The position numbers and the translations under genes were made by a program. Below the pieces are notes generated by a model. That model did not search any database. It saw nothing but the letters and a program-made list of their open reading frames with translations, and was not told the DNA's origin. 64,000 nt of DNA from Macrostomum hystrix. Lineage: Eukaryota > Animalia > Platyhelminthes. Shown one piece after another: positions 49,616-63,026 of this stretch (positions are counted from its first letter, which is position 1; each line of letters begins with the position of its first letter). The stretch is taken from the NCBI GenBank assembly GCA_950097015.1, contig CATNEN010000039.1:1984001-2048000 (forward strand), given 5' to 3'.

Positions 49616-50120
49616 AATCCTGGATCCTATAATCTCACGTTAGCTGCTGCTGTGCCACTGGCTGTACATCAAGTTCGATGATCCTCTCTATGATCGTGTT
49701 CATCGTTTTGTTTATGAGCCTCTTTAAGGGCTCATTTTTGTTAGTGGATTATAATTGTAATTTTGATAATTTTCGCCCAAAGAAAGCGAGTGGTGGGTGG
49801 GAAGTGACTCGAGGGAAGGTCGGAAGCAGCAGCCAGAGTGGTCCGGTTGTGCCCCGAAGGGCCCCAGCGGGTCTGCTCACCCAGCAGCAGGAGCTTCGGG
49901 AGGATGTTGTCCAGTGTTCACGCAACACTAGCTGGGCCTCTCTTAGCTGCTATTATCGGATTAGCTGTGTTCAGCCTTCCATGAAGCGGCCCGACTCATC
50001 GCTCCGGTTCATTGACACGTAACAGCACCCTACTCACAGTCCACTGCTGCTCAAGCCCTAGAAAGATAAGCACAACTGACTCACTTGAAAAAACCTCCCA
50101 TCACTAAGTATATAATTTTC

Positions 50121-50365
50121 TGGATCCCAAGATCCCCGGATCCCAAGATCCCCGGATCCAGAGATCCCCGGATCCCAAGATCCCCGGATCCAGAGATCCC
50201 CGGATCCCAAGATCCCCGGATCCCAAGATCCCCGGATCCCAAGATCCCCGGATCCCAAGATCCCGGATCCCAAGATCCCCGGATCCCAAGATCCCCGGAT
50301 CCCAAGATCCCCGGATCCCAAGATCCCCGGATCCCAAGATCCCCGGATCCCAAGATCCCCGGACC
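50121..50365. repeat. Minisatellite, 16 bp unit (GGATCCCAAGATCCCC)
   Basis: Tandem periodicity visible directly. Confidence 0.95.
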
Positions 50366-50682
50366 CCAATTTCGTGTTTAAGAAGATTTTTTAAAAGAAA
50401 ATCTTAGCAAACCAAGGACACTCTCATACAGACATTCACATTTAACATGACAAGCCCATCCACTTACGATGCTCGTCCCCTATTGGTTCATAGCTGCGGT
50501 CCAATAGGAATCAGCGGATACGAAGAAGCCTGCGCTGGCTGCTTATTTCATAAAAAGCTAAGCAAGCTGACAAATACACTTCGCGCCGTTTTTTTTATTT
50601 TACCAGGAAGGATTCTTGAGCGTTGTAAAATGCCTTGAGCAGTCTGCACAGCTGAGCACAGTCAACAGTGAAAGCCAGGCCA

Positions 50683-50954
50683 ATGCTCTATCTCATTCTC
50701 TTGCTGCTTGTCGCGCTGGCGCAGGCCTCAGCCGCACCGTCGACTGCTCAAACTTCCGAGCAGCGAGTCGACAACTCCACCTTGACCTCGGCCTCATTCG
50801 TCAGGCGCCTCCCACAGGCCCTGATCATCGGGGCCAAGAAGTCCGGGACTCGAGCCCTGCTGGCCTTCATCTGCATGCACCCGGATGTGCAGGCGCCGGG
50901 GCCCGAGGTGCACTTCTTCGACCGGAACTATCACCGGGGACTCGAGTGGTACAG
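50683..50954 (+). CDS. HS3ST: Heparan sulfate glucosamine 3-O-sulfotransferase, first coding exon (remainder not found in window)
   Basis: Hydrophobic leader, then [20 protein letters not shown] (5'-PSB loop) and HPDV...[17 protein letters not shown], ending at donor AG|GTGAGT. Confidence 0.92.
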
Positions 50955-51062
50955 GTGAGTCGCGGGAAGCGGTCCGTAGCGCTGTGTCATCTTAGTTATG
51001 AAGTACGAGTCTTAAAGTCTTGATATTCTGAGATATCCAGATCCCCTTAATTAAAATCTCTA

Positions 51063-51687
51063 AAGTCCCAGATCCCCAAGTCCCAGATCCCCAAGTCCCA
51101 GATCCCCAAGTCCCAGATCCCCAAGTCCCAGATCCCCAAGTCCCAGATCCCCAAGTCCCAGATCCCCAAGTCCCAGATCCCCAAGTCCCAGATCCCCAAG
51201 TCCCAGATCCCCAAGTCCCAGATCCCCAAGTCCCAAATCCCCAAGTCCCAGATCCCCAAGTCCCAGATCCCCAAGTCCCAGATCCCCAAGTCCCAGATCC
51301 CCAAGTCCCAGATCCCCAAGTCCCAGATCCCCAAGTCCCAGATCCCCAAGTCCCAGATCCCCAAGTCCCAAATCCCCAAGTCCCAGATCCCCAAGTCCCA
51401 GATCCCCAAGTCCCAGATCCCCAAGTCCCAGATCCCCAAGTCCCAGATCCCCAAGTCCCAGATCCCCAAGTCCCAGATCCCCAAGTCCCAGATCCCCAAG
51501 TCCCAGATCCCTAAGTCCCAGATCCCCAAGTCCCAGATCCCCAAGTCCCAGATCCCCAAGTCCCAGATCCCCAAGTCCCAGATCCCCAAGTCCCAGATCC
51601 CCAAGTCCCAGATCCCCAAGTCCCAGATCCCCAAGTCCCAGATCCCCAAGTCCCAGATCCCCAAGTCCCAGATCCCCAAGTCCCAGA
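51063..51687. repeat. Minisatellite, 15 bp unit (AAGTCCCAGATCCCC)
   Basis: Very homogeneous tandem array. Confidence 0.97.
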
Positions 51688-52584
51688 TTGGAATCTAAAT
51701 GTTTCATAATCCCAAAACATTTCGGATCCCTTATTATAGATCCAATATTTTAAGTCTCCTTTATGCAATCAACTAAATTATTATTAATAATAAAACGCGC
51801 ACGCCATCTATGGGTGCTGGGTTTTTTCTTTTATATATTTTTGACAACAAATATTTTACTGGAAAACATAAAACATAAAAAGCGAAGTTTTGTAGGATTC
51901 AACTATTGAGCTGGGAAGGGAAAAGCAAAAGCAAAGGTATTAAAAACAAGAGCAGTAAAAAAACAAATATATTGTTAAATGTTAATACGAGATCTTAGCT
52001 TCAGGGCACCTGTTACCTTATTTTAGAGATGTCAATGAAGATCAGTGCTCATTCTGTGAGACGTTAGCATTTGCGAGTTTGCATTACAGACTCAATTAAA
52101 TTGCTCGTGTTGCAAGGGAGCAGTAATTTAGCCCCGGCCCAATCATCGAGGACTGCAATCAGTTCGGAAAAAAATGCTAATTGAATGAGATCTGCATAAT
52201 GGATCTGCATAATGAAACAAAAGTCCCATATTTCAGACATCAATAAATCGATGTCATTAGAAGTCTGTTGAAAGAACGGCTTGTCCTCATAATGGCTGAA
52301 TCTGAGAAAGGGTCCTACTCGGATTAACCAACGATTTTGTGTGGAAATCTTAGGATTATTGGGTCTGGAAATTTCAGGAACAAGTTCTGTGCGTCTGGGA
52401 AGGAAATTAAAGGATTATTAAAGGACTGCATGGGCTATTTAAGAATAATATGGACAAGGTCATGGGTTCGAGTTTTCAAAGGAAAAAATCGTTTGATGAG
52501 GTAGGAGAGATAGATAGGAGAGATAAAAGATATAAGTAGATTGGATGAAAAAATGAAAGGAGAAGAGATGGGAGGAGGGGTATG

Positions 52585-54020
52585 ACAGGAGAGGAGAGGA
52601 GAGGAGAGGCGAGGAGAGGAGAGGAGAGGAGAGGAGAGGATAGGATAGGAGAGGAGAGGAGAGGAGAGGAGAGGAGAGGAGAGGAGTGGAGAGGAGAGGA
52701 TAGGAGAGGACAGGAGAGGAGAGGAGAGGAGAGGAGAGGAGAGGAGAGGATAGGAGAGGACAGGAGAGGAGAGGAGAGGATAGGAGAGGAGAGGAGAGGA
52801 TAGGAGAGGATAGGAGAGGAGAGGAGAGGAGAGGATAGGAGAGGATAGGATAGGAGTGGAGAGGCGAGGAGAGGAGAGGAGAGGACAGGAGAGGAGAGGA
52901 GAGGAGTGGAGAGGAGAGGAGTGGAGAGGAGAGGAGAGGAGAGGAGAGGAGAGGAGAGGAGAGGAGAGGAGAGGAGAGGAGAGGAGTGGAGAGGAGAGGA
53001 GAGGAGAGGAGAGGAGAGGAGAGGAGAGGAGAGGAGAGGATAGGAGAGGAGAGGAGAGGATAGGAGAGGAGAGGAGAGGATAGGATAGGAGAGGAGAGGA
53101 GAGGAGAGGATAGGATAGGAGAGGAGAGGAGAGGAGAGGAGAGGAGAGGAGAGGAGTGGAGAGGAGAGGATAGGAGAGGACAGGAGAGGAGAGGAGAGGA
53201 GAGGAGAGGAGAGGATAGGAGAGGACAGGAGAGGAGAGGAGAGGATAGGAGAGGAGAGGAGAGGATAGGAGAGGATAGGAGAGGAGAGGAGAGGAGAGGA
53301 TAGGAGAGGATAGGATAGGAGTGGAGAGGCGAGGAGAGGAGAGGAGAGGACAGGAGAGGAGAGGAGAGGAGTGGAGAGGAGAGGAGTGGAGAGGAGAGGA
53401 GAGGAGAGGAGAGGAGAGGAGAGGAGAGGAGAGGAGAGGAGTGGAGAGGAGAGGAGAGGAGAGGACAGGAGAGGAGAGGAGAGGAGAGGAGAGGAGAGGA
53501 GAGGATAGGAGAGGAGAGGAGAGGAGAGGAGAGGAGAGGAGAGGATAGGATAGGAGAGGAGAGGAGAGGAGAGGAGAGGATAGGATAGGAGAGGAGAGGA
53601 GAGGAGAGGAGAGGAGAGGAGAGGAGAGGAGTGGAGAGGAGAGGATAGGAGAGGACAGGAGAGGAGAGGAGAGGAGAGGAGAGGAGAGGATAGGAGAGGA
53701 CAGGAGAGGAGAGGAGAGGATAGGAGAGGAGAGGAGAGGATAGGAGAGGATAGGAGAGGAGAGGAGAGGAGAGGATAGGAGAGGATAGGATAGGAGTGGA
53801 GAGGCGAGGAGAGGAGAGAAGAGGACAGGAGAGGAGAGGAGAGGAGTGGAGAGGAGAGGAGTGGAGTGGAGAGGAGAGGAGAGGAGAGGAGAGGAGAGGA
53901 GAGGAGTGGAGAGGAGAGGAGAGGAGAGGAGAGGAGAGGAGAGGAGAGGAGAGGAGAGGAGAGGAGAGGAGAGGAGTGGAGAGGAGAGGAGAGGAGAGGA
54001 CAGGAGAGGATAGAGGAGAG
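52585..54020. repeat. (GAGGA)n pentanucleotide satellite with higher-order ~465-475 bp blocks
   Basis: Visible directly; the variant GTGGAGAGGCGAGGA recurs at 52856, 53321 and 53796. Confidence 0.95.
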
Positions 54021-54609
54021 GACGGAGATAAACTGTTTACTGGCAAGAGAAGCAGGGCGTATTGGTATGTGAAAAACACAAATTAAAAAAAGGCAGGCAA
54101 AAGAATTTGAAAGCCAAAATGATGGCAGTTGGGTAAGATGACACAGATTCAAGCCATCAGAGTGCCGGCGCTTTGACAAGAAGCGCGCGAGTCTAGGACT
54201 GAGATGGGAAATGTGCTCACAGACTCAAAATTAGTCTCAAAAATCTAGTGGGACTGCGGAAGCCGCCCATCTGTCGGTTTTCGCCTCCCGGTTGAGTAGG
54301 CCTGGCCGCGAAGATGAGGAGGCTGCAATGCCTTAGGGGCAGTGAGCTCAAGGCTCGACTGTGTTTTCGAATTAGCGAAATGAGTCTACTAACAAATAGC
54401 AGAGATTCAAAAATTGTTATTTTGAGCCGTGAGAATGTTAGATACAAATTAGTGGTGACAAGGGCGTTTTCATCTGCGTGTTGTGTGTGTGTGTGTGTGT
54501 GTGTGTTTGCTAGAATACTTCGAACTAGAAAAATAGACCTAGAAAAATTACACAAGGAATTCACATTTCATTGCTCATAGTAATGATCCGAGCTAAATTA
54601 CTTCTCACG

Positions 54610-55478
54610 AGAGAGATGAGACACGGGAAAGATGAGACACGGGAGAGATGAGACACAGGAGAGATGAGACACAGGAGAGATGAGACACAGGAGAGATGAG
54701 ACACGGGAGAGATGAGACACGGGAGAGATGAGACACAGGAGAGATGAGACACGGGAGAGATGAGACACGGGAGAGATGAGACACAGGAGAGATGAGACAC
54801 GGGAGAGATGAGACACGGGAAAGATGAGACACGGGAGAGATGAGACACAGGAGAGATGAGACACGGGAGAGATGAGACATGGGAGAGATGAGACACGGGA
54901 GAAATGAGACACGGGAGGGATGAGACATGGGAGAGATGAGACACAGGAGAGATGAGACACGGGAGAAATGAGACACGGGAGGGATGAGACATGGGAGAGA
55001 TGTGACACGGGAGAGATGAGACACGGGAGAGATGAGACATGGGAGAGATGTGACACGGGAGAGATGAGACACGGGAGAGATGGGACACGAGAGAGATAAG
55101 ACACGAGAGAGATGAGACGCGGGAGAGATGAGACACGGGAGAGATGAGACACGGGAAAGATAAGACACGGGTAGATGGGACACGGGAGAGATGAGACACG
55201 GGAGAAATGAGACACTGGAGAAATGAGACACGGGAGAAATGAGACACGGGAGGGATGAGACATGGGAGAGATGTGACACGGGAGAGATGAGACACGGGAG
55301 AGATGGGACACGAGAGAGATAAGACACGAGAGAGATGAGACGCGGGAGAGATGAGACACGGGAGAGATGAGACACGGGAAAGATAAGACACGGGTAGATG
55401 GGACACGGGAGAGATGAGACACGGGAGAAATGAGACACGGGAGAAATGAGACACGGGTAGATGGGACACGGGAGAGAT
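54610..55478. repeat. 16 bp minisatellite (GGGAGAGATGAGACAC family)
   Basis: Tandem periodicity visible directly. Confidence 0.95.
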
Positions 55479-56052
55479 TATTAGAGAGAGATTTGTTCCA
55501 AAAGCTGCCGTGGGGCCTGTTTTGGCAGGTCAGTGGATCGTATCCACTAAGACTAAATATAGAAGTTCAGTCTTAGAATTCTTGCTGTCGCATTGAGCTG
55601 GACGCCGGCTGCTGGGACCTGGCAGAGAACAATTTTACGAACCCGGCCGGCCTGAAATTATGAGGCGACTGCGGCGAGAGCGCAGGAATTCCCGCAGATA
55701 GATGACGACAGGCCGTGTTGTCAGCCGACATGGCAAAGTTAGAAAATGCTGCTGCTGTTGCTGCTTGAAATTCAAAGCATCGGCAGCCGCTAAACTGCGG
55801 CAGGGGAGCGCGGAAGAATGAAGTGTTTGCCGCGTGACACGCAGTTGCCCCAGTCAGTCTCCGCTGCTGAAGCTCGGTCAAAACGTAAACATTGATTAAT
55901 CACCTGAGTTGGTGCTGCCTGACTGCGCTTTGGAAAAATTGGGATTTCAAGTTATTTTTAATTACAGTCTGCTTCAAATATGCGCCCTGGTGTGTTGCCT
56001 GCGATCCTATTATTCAAACACAATCCACAGGATATTATTAGATTATAAAAAT

Positions 56053-57460
56053 TGTGAGCGAGAGAGGTAGATTGTGACTGAGAGAGGAGTAGATTATGAG
56101 GGAGTGAAGTAGATTGTGAGGGAGAGAAGCAGGTTGTGAGGGAGAGAAGTAGGTTGTGAGGGAGAGAAGTAGGTTGTGAGGGAGAGAAGTTGGTTGTGTG
56201 GGAGAGAGATGTAGATTGTGAGGGTGAGAAGTTGGTTGTAAGGGAGAGAGGTAGATTGTGAGGGAGAGAGGTAGATTGTGAGGGAGAGAGGTAGATTGTG
56301 AGGGAGAGAAGTAGGTTGTGAGGGAGAGAGGTAGATTGTGAGGGAGAGAAGTAGGTTGTGAGGGAGAGAGGTAGATTGTGAGGGAGAGAAGTAGGTTGTG
56401 AGGGAGAGAGGTAGATTGTGAGGGAGAGAAGTAGATTGTGAGGGAGAGAAGTAGATTGTGAGGGAGAGAGGTAGATTGTGAGGGAGAGAAGTAGATTGTG
56501 AGGGAGAGAGGTCGATTGTGAGGGAGAGAGGTAGATAGTGAGGGAGAGAGGGAGATTGTGAGGGAGAGAAGTAGGTTGTGAGGGAGAGAGGTAGGTTGTG
56601 AGGGAGAGAGGTAGATTGTGAGGGAGAGAAATAGATTGTGAGGGAGAGAAGTAGATTGTGAGGGAGAGAGGTAGATAGTGAGGGAGAGAGGTAGATAGTG
56701 AGGGAGAGAGGTAGATTGTGAGGGAGAGAGGTAGATTGTGAGGGAGAGAGGTAGATTGTGAGGGAGAGAAGTAGGTTGTGAGGGAGAGAGGTAGATTGTG
56801 AGGGAGAGAAGTTGGTTGTGTGGGAGAGAGATGTAGATTGTGAGGGTGAGAAGTTGGTTGTAAGGGAGAGAGGTAGATTGTGAGGGAGAGAAGTAGGTTG
56901 TGAGGGAGAGAGGTAGATTGTGAGGGAGAGAGGTAGATTGTGAGGGAGAGAAGTAGATTGTGAGGGAGAGAAGTAGATTGTGAGGGAGAGAGGTAGATTG
57001 TGAGGGAGAGAAGTAGATTGTGAGGGAGAGAGGTAGATTGTGAGGGAGAGAAGTAGGTTGTGAGGGAGAGAGGTAGATTGTGAGGGAGAGAAGTAGGTTT
57101 TGAGGGAGAGAGGTAGATTGTGAGGAAGAGAGGTAGATTGTGAGGGAGAGAAGTAGATTGTGAGGGAGAGAAATAGATTGTGAGGGAGAGAAGTAGATTG
57201 TGAGGGAGAGAGGTAGATAGTGAGGGAGAGAGGTAGATAGTGAGGGAGAGAGGTAGATTGTGAGGGAGAGAGGTAGATTGTGAGGGAGAGAAGTAGGTTG
57301 TGAGGGAGAGAGGTAGATTGTGAGGGAGAGAAGTAGATTTTGAGGGAGAGAGGTAGATTGTGAGGGAGAGAAGTAGGTTGTGAGGGAGAGAGGTAGATTG
57401 TGAGGGAGAGAAGTAGATTGTGAGGGAGAGAAGTAAATTGTGAGTGACAGAAGTAGGTTG
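56053..57460. repeat. Minisatellite, 20 bp unit (GTAGATTGTGAGGGAGAGAG)
   Basis: Tandem periodicity visible directly. Confidence 0.95.
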
Positions 57461-58354
57461 TTTGAAGATAGAGGCAAATTAACAGGGGGAAGTAGAATGA
57501 AAGGAAGACGGGTGGAGTAGAGTTTCTAGGTACTTTCACTTACATCCGGCTCTTTAACTTACTCTCCGGCGCCGAGCAAGCAAAGAAATGAGAAGAGATT
57601 CTAAGCCGCCGGATAAGTGACTCAATTCCCAAATGGTCCGCTCCATCTTCTCAAGGACTCAACTCAAGCGAAGCTGCCTATCGAGGCGAAGTCAATCGGT
57701 TTAAATTAATGGGCCGCTGTCGAGTTTTCGGTTGAAAAATTCGTCGACTCTTTGGCGCATTGCTACTCAGGACCTGCCGGGGCAATTTAGCAATTTCCCG
57801 TTTCGAACTGGAATCGAAGGGTCAGGGGTGGGTGTGCCACACCGCCAAACCTGTGCATAATCATGCATTATGCATGCTAGTTCACACATACAATTATTGA
57901 GCCTGACTGCACCCGGCACAGGGGGCGTGTGTTATAGGCGAGTTTTATTTTCTATTTCAAAGCCGCAGTGCAGGGTGAGCTGTGAGCCTGGCCACACAGG
58001 TGCAACCGGTCCCGTGTAGCATTTGGCGCACCGGTTTTGCTTGCACATTTTAGCCAGCTCAGGCCGATGACACTAATTACAGTGAGGCGCAATCATAATT
58101 ACCGTCCCCACCTGAGTAGGCCGAGTTGCTCAGATAATAGAGGCGACAGGCGAGGCTGCAGATGGCACTGATATTCCAGGGAGAGATATTGGCATTGATG
58201 AGAAAATGTTACAGTGGACAGGTGAGAGTGAACGGGTGAGAAGGAGAAAGAACAGGATTGTTGGTGAAATAGTGAGCTGGGAGAGAAAAATAAAGGTGAC
58301 TTGGAGCGAGAAAGGTGAAGGGGGGAAAGGGGAAAAATGTGTAATAGATAGGGA

Positions 58355-58965
58355 GAAAGGTGAGATAGATGCAGAGTAAGGTGAGATAGATGCGGAAAAA
58401 GGTGAAATAGATGCGGAGAAAGGTGAGATAGATGCGGATAAAGGTGAGATAGATGAGGAGAAAGGTGAGATAGATGCGGATAAAGGTGACATAGATGCGG
58501 AGAAAGGTGAGATAGATGCGGATAAAGGTGAGATAGATGCGGATAAAGGTGAGATAGATGCGGATAAAGGTGTGATAGATGCGGATAAAGGTGAGACAGA
58601 TGCAGAGAAAGGTGAGATAGATGCGGATAAAGGTGAGATAGATGCGGATAAAGGTGAGATAGATGCGGATAAAGGTGAGATAGATGCGGATAAAGGTGAA
58701 ATAGATGAGGAGAAAGGTGAGATAGATGCGGATAAAGGTGAGATAGATGCGGATAAGGTGAGATAGATGCGGATAAAGGTGAAATAGATGAGGAGAAAGG
58801 TGTGATAGATGCGGATAAATGTGAGCTAGATGAGGAGAACGGTGAGATAGATGCGGATAAAGGTGAGATAGATGCGGAGAAAGGTGAGAGAGATGCGGAT
58901 AAAGGTGAGATAGATGAGGAGAAAGGTGAGATAGATGAGGAGAAAGGTGAGATAGATGCGGAGAA
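58355..58965. repeat. Minisatellite, 21 bp unit (AAAGGTGAGATAGATGCGGAT)
   Basis: Tandem periodicity visible directly. Confidence 0.95.
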
Positions 58966-59834
58966 ATGTGGAATCGATTCGACGTAGACACACTAGGCGG
59001 AAAGATAGAATCTAGATAAGGAGGCTTAGAAAATCTACTGATAGACCAGTTTGTTAGCCGTCTCGCCAGCTCTTTTATCGATCAATGGAAATAGGAAAAA
59101 AAAAATTGCTACTCAATGTGGCTACTCAAATCTGAACCCTACAATGCGGGTTCCTCATTAAGCTCACTTCCTCAACTACCGTAAGAATGTGCTCTCCGGT
59201 CTCGGAATCGATTTTCCAGCCGAGCTCGGGCCTAAAAAACATGCCGACATGCCGCATTTCCCTGCTCAACCTCGAGTCAAGGCAAACCTCGTTAGCCCCC
59301 CCCCCCAGAGTCTGAGTCACAGCAGATGGAGCAGATGGAGCAGCGGCTAAAACTGAAGGGATTCGGCTCCCAAAAGCGCCATATAAAACTCCCCTTCAGT
59401 TTCATGCGTTCTCACTTTCCCCAAGGCCTTCAAGCTCTGCTCCCTCATCCGAGGATAATACCTGCGGGATTTCGTCTTCAAATTAAATATCCGGGCATCT
59501 TTCTCCTCCCCGACTTTCTCCGCTTACCCCTAGAAGAAATAAAAGGCGCCCCTCTGGCCGGGCTGGGGCGGGTGATATGGAAACACGAGAGAGCGGGCGG
59601 GCGGACGTGACGCGGCAGCCTAATTAACTGGACAGGCTGAAAGCCAGGGTCTAGTCAGCCGCGGCTTCTCTGATCTGAGACTCCGCGAGAGATCTGCAGC
59701 TCTGCGAAATCGATTCTGGCAGGCCGACAGTTCGGCATCATTGCAGAGCCGCCATCGAATACCGAATAGATGAACCTGCAGTGAGATGAGCATGCGCGAA
59801 TGCTTTCTGCGTAGCGGGAGAACCCAAATTCCCT

Positions 59835-60432
59835 CCCGATTCCGAAACTTCCCCCGATTCCGAAACTTCCCCCCGATTCCGAAACTTCCCCCGATTCCGA
59901 AACTTCCCCTGATTCTGAAACTGCCCCCGATCCCGAAACTTCCCCCGATTCCGAAACTTCCTCCGATTCCGAAACTTCCCCCGATTCCGAAACTTCCCCT
60001 GATCCCGAAACTTCCCCGATTCCGAAACTTCCCCCCGATTCCGAAACTTCCCCGATTCCGAAACTCCCCCCCCCGATTCCGAAACTTCCCCGATTCCGAA
60101 ACTGACCCTGATTCCGAAACTTCCCCTGATTCCCCCGATCCCGAAACTTCCCCGATTCCGAAACTTCCCCCCCCCCGATTTCGAAACTTCCCCCCGATTC
60201 CGAAACTTCCCCCCGATTCCGAAACTTCCCCGATTCCGAAACTTCCCCCCGATTCCGAAACTGCCCCCGATTCAGAAACTTCCTCTGATTCCGAAAATTC
60301 CCCCGATTCCGAAACTGCCCCCGATTCAGAAACTGCCCCCGATCCCGAAACTTCCCCCGATCGCCTAATTTCTTCCGATCCCAAAACTTCCCACATTCTG
60401 AAACTTCCCCCGATTCCACCGATCTTGAAACT
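59835..60432. repeat. Minisatellite, 17-19 bp unit (CCCCGATTCCGAAACTT)
   Basis: Tandem periodicity with a variable C run. Confidence 0.93.
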
Positions 60433-60984
60433 TCTCTCCCCCTCGACTCCCAATTCTGACACATCCCACTGACATAAAGCTTCATAGACCAACATAAACT
60501 AGTTAACTTCAAGCTGAACGCCATTTTATTGTCCGAATCGGCCCGCAAACTTTCAGTTCCGATCCGGTTTCGGTTTGCCGCATTGTCGACAATATCATTT
60601 AGCCTTTCTTTTTGTAACTGAAAAGCAATAAATCATTAGTAAAGATGGCGGCACTGACTCGCCACGCAGGAAGCCCCCAGCTCCCGTTTTTATGGTTCCC
60701 CTGAGAGCCTGACTTGGCAACAGAATGAATTCGGCTTCAGGAACAAAGACCTGCCAGGGCTGGCCGAAAAGAAAACTGGTAATAATCGAATTGCCGGCCG
60801 AGCTAATGATGTGTCAGAGGCTGGGGTGACTCAGCAGCCTCCACAACACTCCCAGGTCAGGAAATTATAAAGTCTGAGGATCTGAAACAAAAATGCATTC
60901 TGTTACTCCTCTCTTTCAGGACCACAAAAAATGTCTCGGCTTCGAATATTTAATACAGATATTGCTGATGCCACTACAAAAGTC

Positions 60985-63026
60985 ACGTGTCTCATCTCTC
61001 CCGTGTCTCATCTCTCCCGTGTCATCTCTCCCGCGTCTCATCTCTCCCGTCTCTCATCTCTCTCATCTCATCTCTCCAGTGTCTGATCTCTCCCGTGTCT
61101 CATCTCTCCAGTGTCTGATCTCTCCCGTGTCTCATCTCTCCCGTGTCTCATCTCTCCCATGTCTCATCTCTCCAGTGTCTCATCTCTCCTGTGTCTCATC
61201 TCTCCTATGTCATTTCTCCCGTGTCTCATCTCTCCAGTGTCTCATCTCTCCCATGTCTCATCTCTCCCATGTCTCATCTCTCCAGTGTCTCATCTCTCCA
61301 GTGTCTCATCTCTCCCGCGTCTCATCTCTCCCGTGTCATTTCTCCCGTGTCTCATCTCTCCAGCGTCTCATCTCTCCCATGTCTCATCTCTCCCATGTCT
61401 CATCTCTCCCATGTCTCATCTCTCCCATGTCTCATCTCTCCAGTGTCTCATCTCTCCCATGTCTCATCTCTCCCATGACTCATCTCTCCAATGTCTCATC
61501 TCTCCCGTGTCTCATCTCTCCCGTGTCTCATCTCTCCCGCGTCTCATCTCTCCCGTGTCTCATCTCTCTCATCTCTCTCGTCTCATCTCTCCAGTGTCTG
61601 ATCTCTTCCGTGTCTCATCTCTCCAGTGTCTCATCTCTCCCATGTCTCATCTCTCCCATGTCTCATCTCTCCCATGTCTCATCTCTCCCGTATCATCTCT
61701 CCCGCGTCTCATCTCTCTCTCATCTCTCCCATGTCTCATCTCTCCCATGTCTCATCTCTCCAGTGTCTCATCTCTCCCATGTCTCATCTCTCCCATGTCT
61801 CATCTCTCCCATGTCTCATCTCTCCAGTGTCTCATCTCTCCCATGTCTCATCTCTCCCGTGTCATCTCTCCCGCGTCTCATCTCTCTCTCATCTCTCTCA
61901 TCTCATCTCTCCAGTGTCTGATCTCTCCATCTCTCCAGTGTCTCATCTCTCCCGCGTCTCATCTCTCCCATGTCTTATCTCTCCCGTGTCTCATCTCACC
62001 CGTGTTTCATCTCACCCGTGTCTCATCTCTCCCGTGTCTCATCTCTCCCGTGTCTCATCTCTCCCGTGTCTCATCTCTCCCGTGTCTCATCTCTCCCGTG
62101 TCTCATCTCTCCCGTGTCTCATCTCTCCCGTGTCTCATCTCTCCCGCGTCTCATCTCTCCCGTGTCTCATCTCTCTCATCTCTCTCGTCTCATCTCTCCA
62201 GTGTCTGATCTCTTCCGTGTCTCATCTCTCCAGTGTCTCATCTCTCCCATGTCTCATCTCTCCCATGTCGCATCTCTCCCATGTCTCATCTCTCCCATGT
62301 CTCATCTCTCCCGTATCATCTCTCCCGCGTCTCATCTCTCTCTCATCTCTCCCATGTCTCATCTCTCCCGTGTCTCATCTCTCCAGTGTCTCATCTCTCC
62401 CATGTCTCATCTCTCCCATGTCTCATCTCTCCCATGTCTCATCTCTCCCATGTCTCATCTCTCCCATGTCTCATCTCTCCAGTGTCTCATCTCTCCCATG
62501 TCTCATCTCTCCCATGACTCATCTCTCCAATGTCTCATCTCTCCCGTGTCTCATCTCTCCCGTGTCTCATCTCTCCCGCGTCTCATCTCTCCCGTGTCTC
62601 ATCTCTCTCATCTCTCTCGTCTCATCTCTCCAGTGTCTGATCTCTTCCGTGTCTCATCTCTCCAGTGTCTCATCTCTCCCATGTCTCATCTCTCCCATGT
62701 CTCATCTCTCCCATGTCTCATCTCTCCCATGTCTCATCTCTCCCGTGTCTCATCTCTCCCGCGTCTCATCTCTCTCTCATCTCTCCCATGTCTCATCTCT
62801 CCCATGTCTCATCTCTCCAGTGTCTCATCTCTCCCATGTCTCATCTCTCCCATGTCTCATCTCTCCCATGTCTCATCTCTCCAGTGTCTCATCTCTCCCA
62901 TGTCTCATCTCTCCCGTGTCATCTCTCCCGCGTCTCATCTCTCTCTCATCTCTCTCATCTCATCTCTCCAGTGTCTCATCTCTCCCGCGTCTCATCTCTC
63001 CCGCGTCTCATCTCTCCCGTGTCTGA
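60985..63026. repeat. 16 bp minisatellite (GTGTCTCATCTCTCCC), reverse orientation of the 48148/54610 family
   Basis: Unit is the reverse complement of GGGAGAGATGAGACAC. Confidence 0.96.

Noticed and set aside
28220-63026. Idea that G-rich (G4-forming) strands of arrays are consistently oriented relative to transcription
   Set aside because: Orientation is mixed: 29611 is opposite to the other CERS arrays, and the HS3ST intron has both types.
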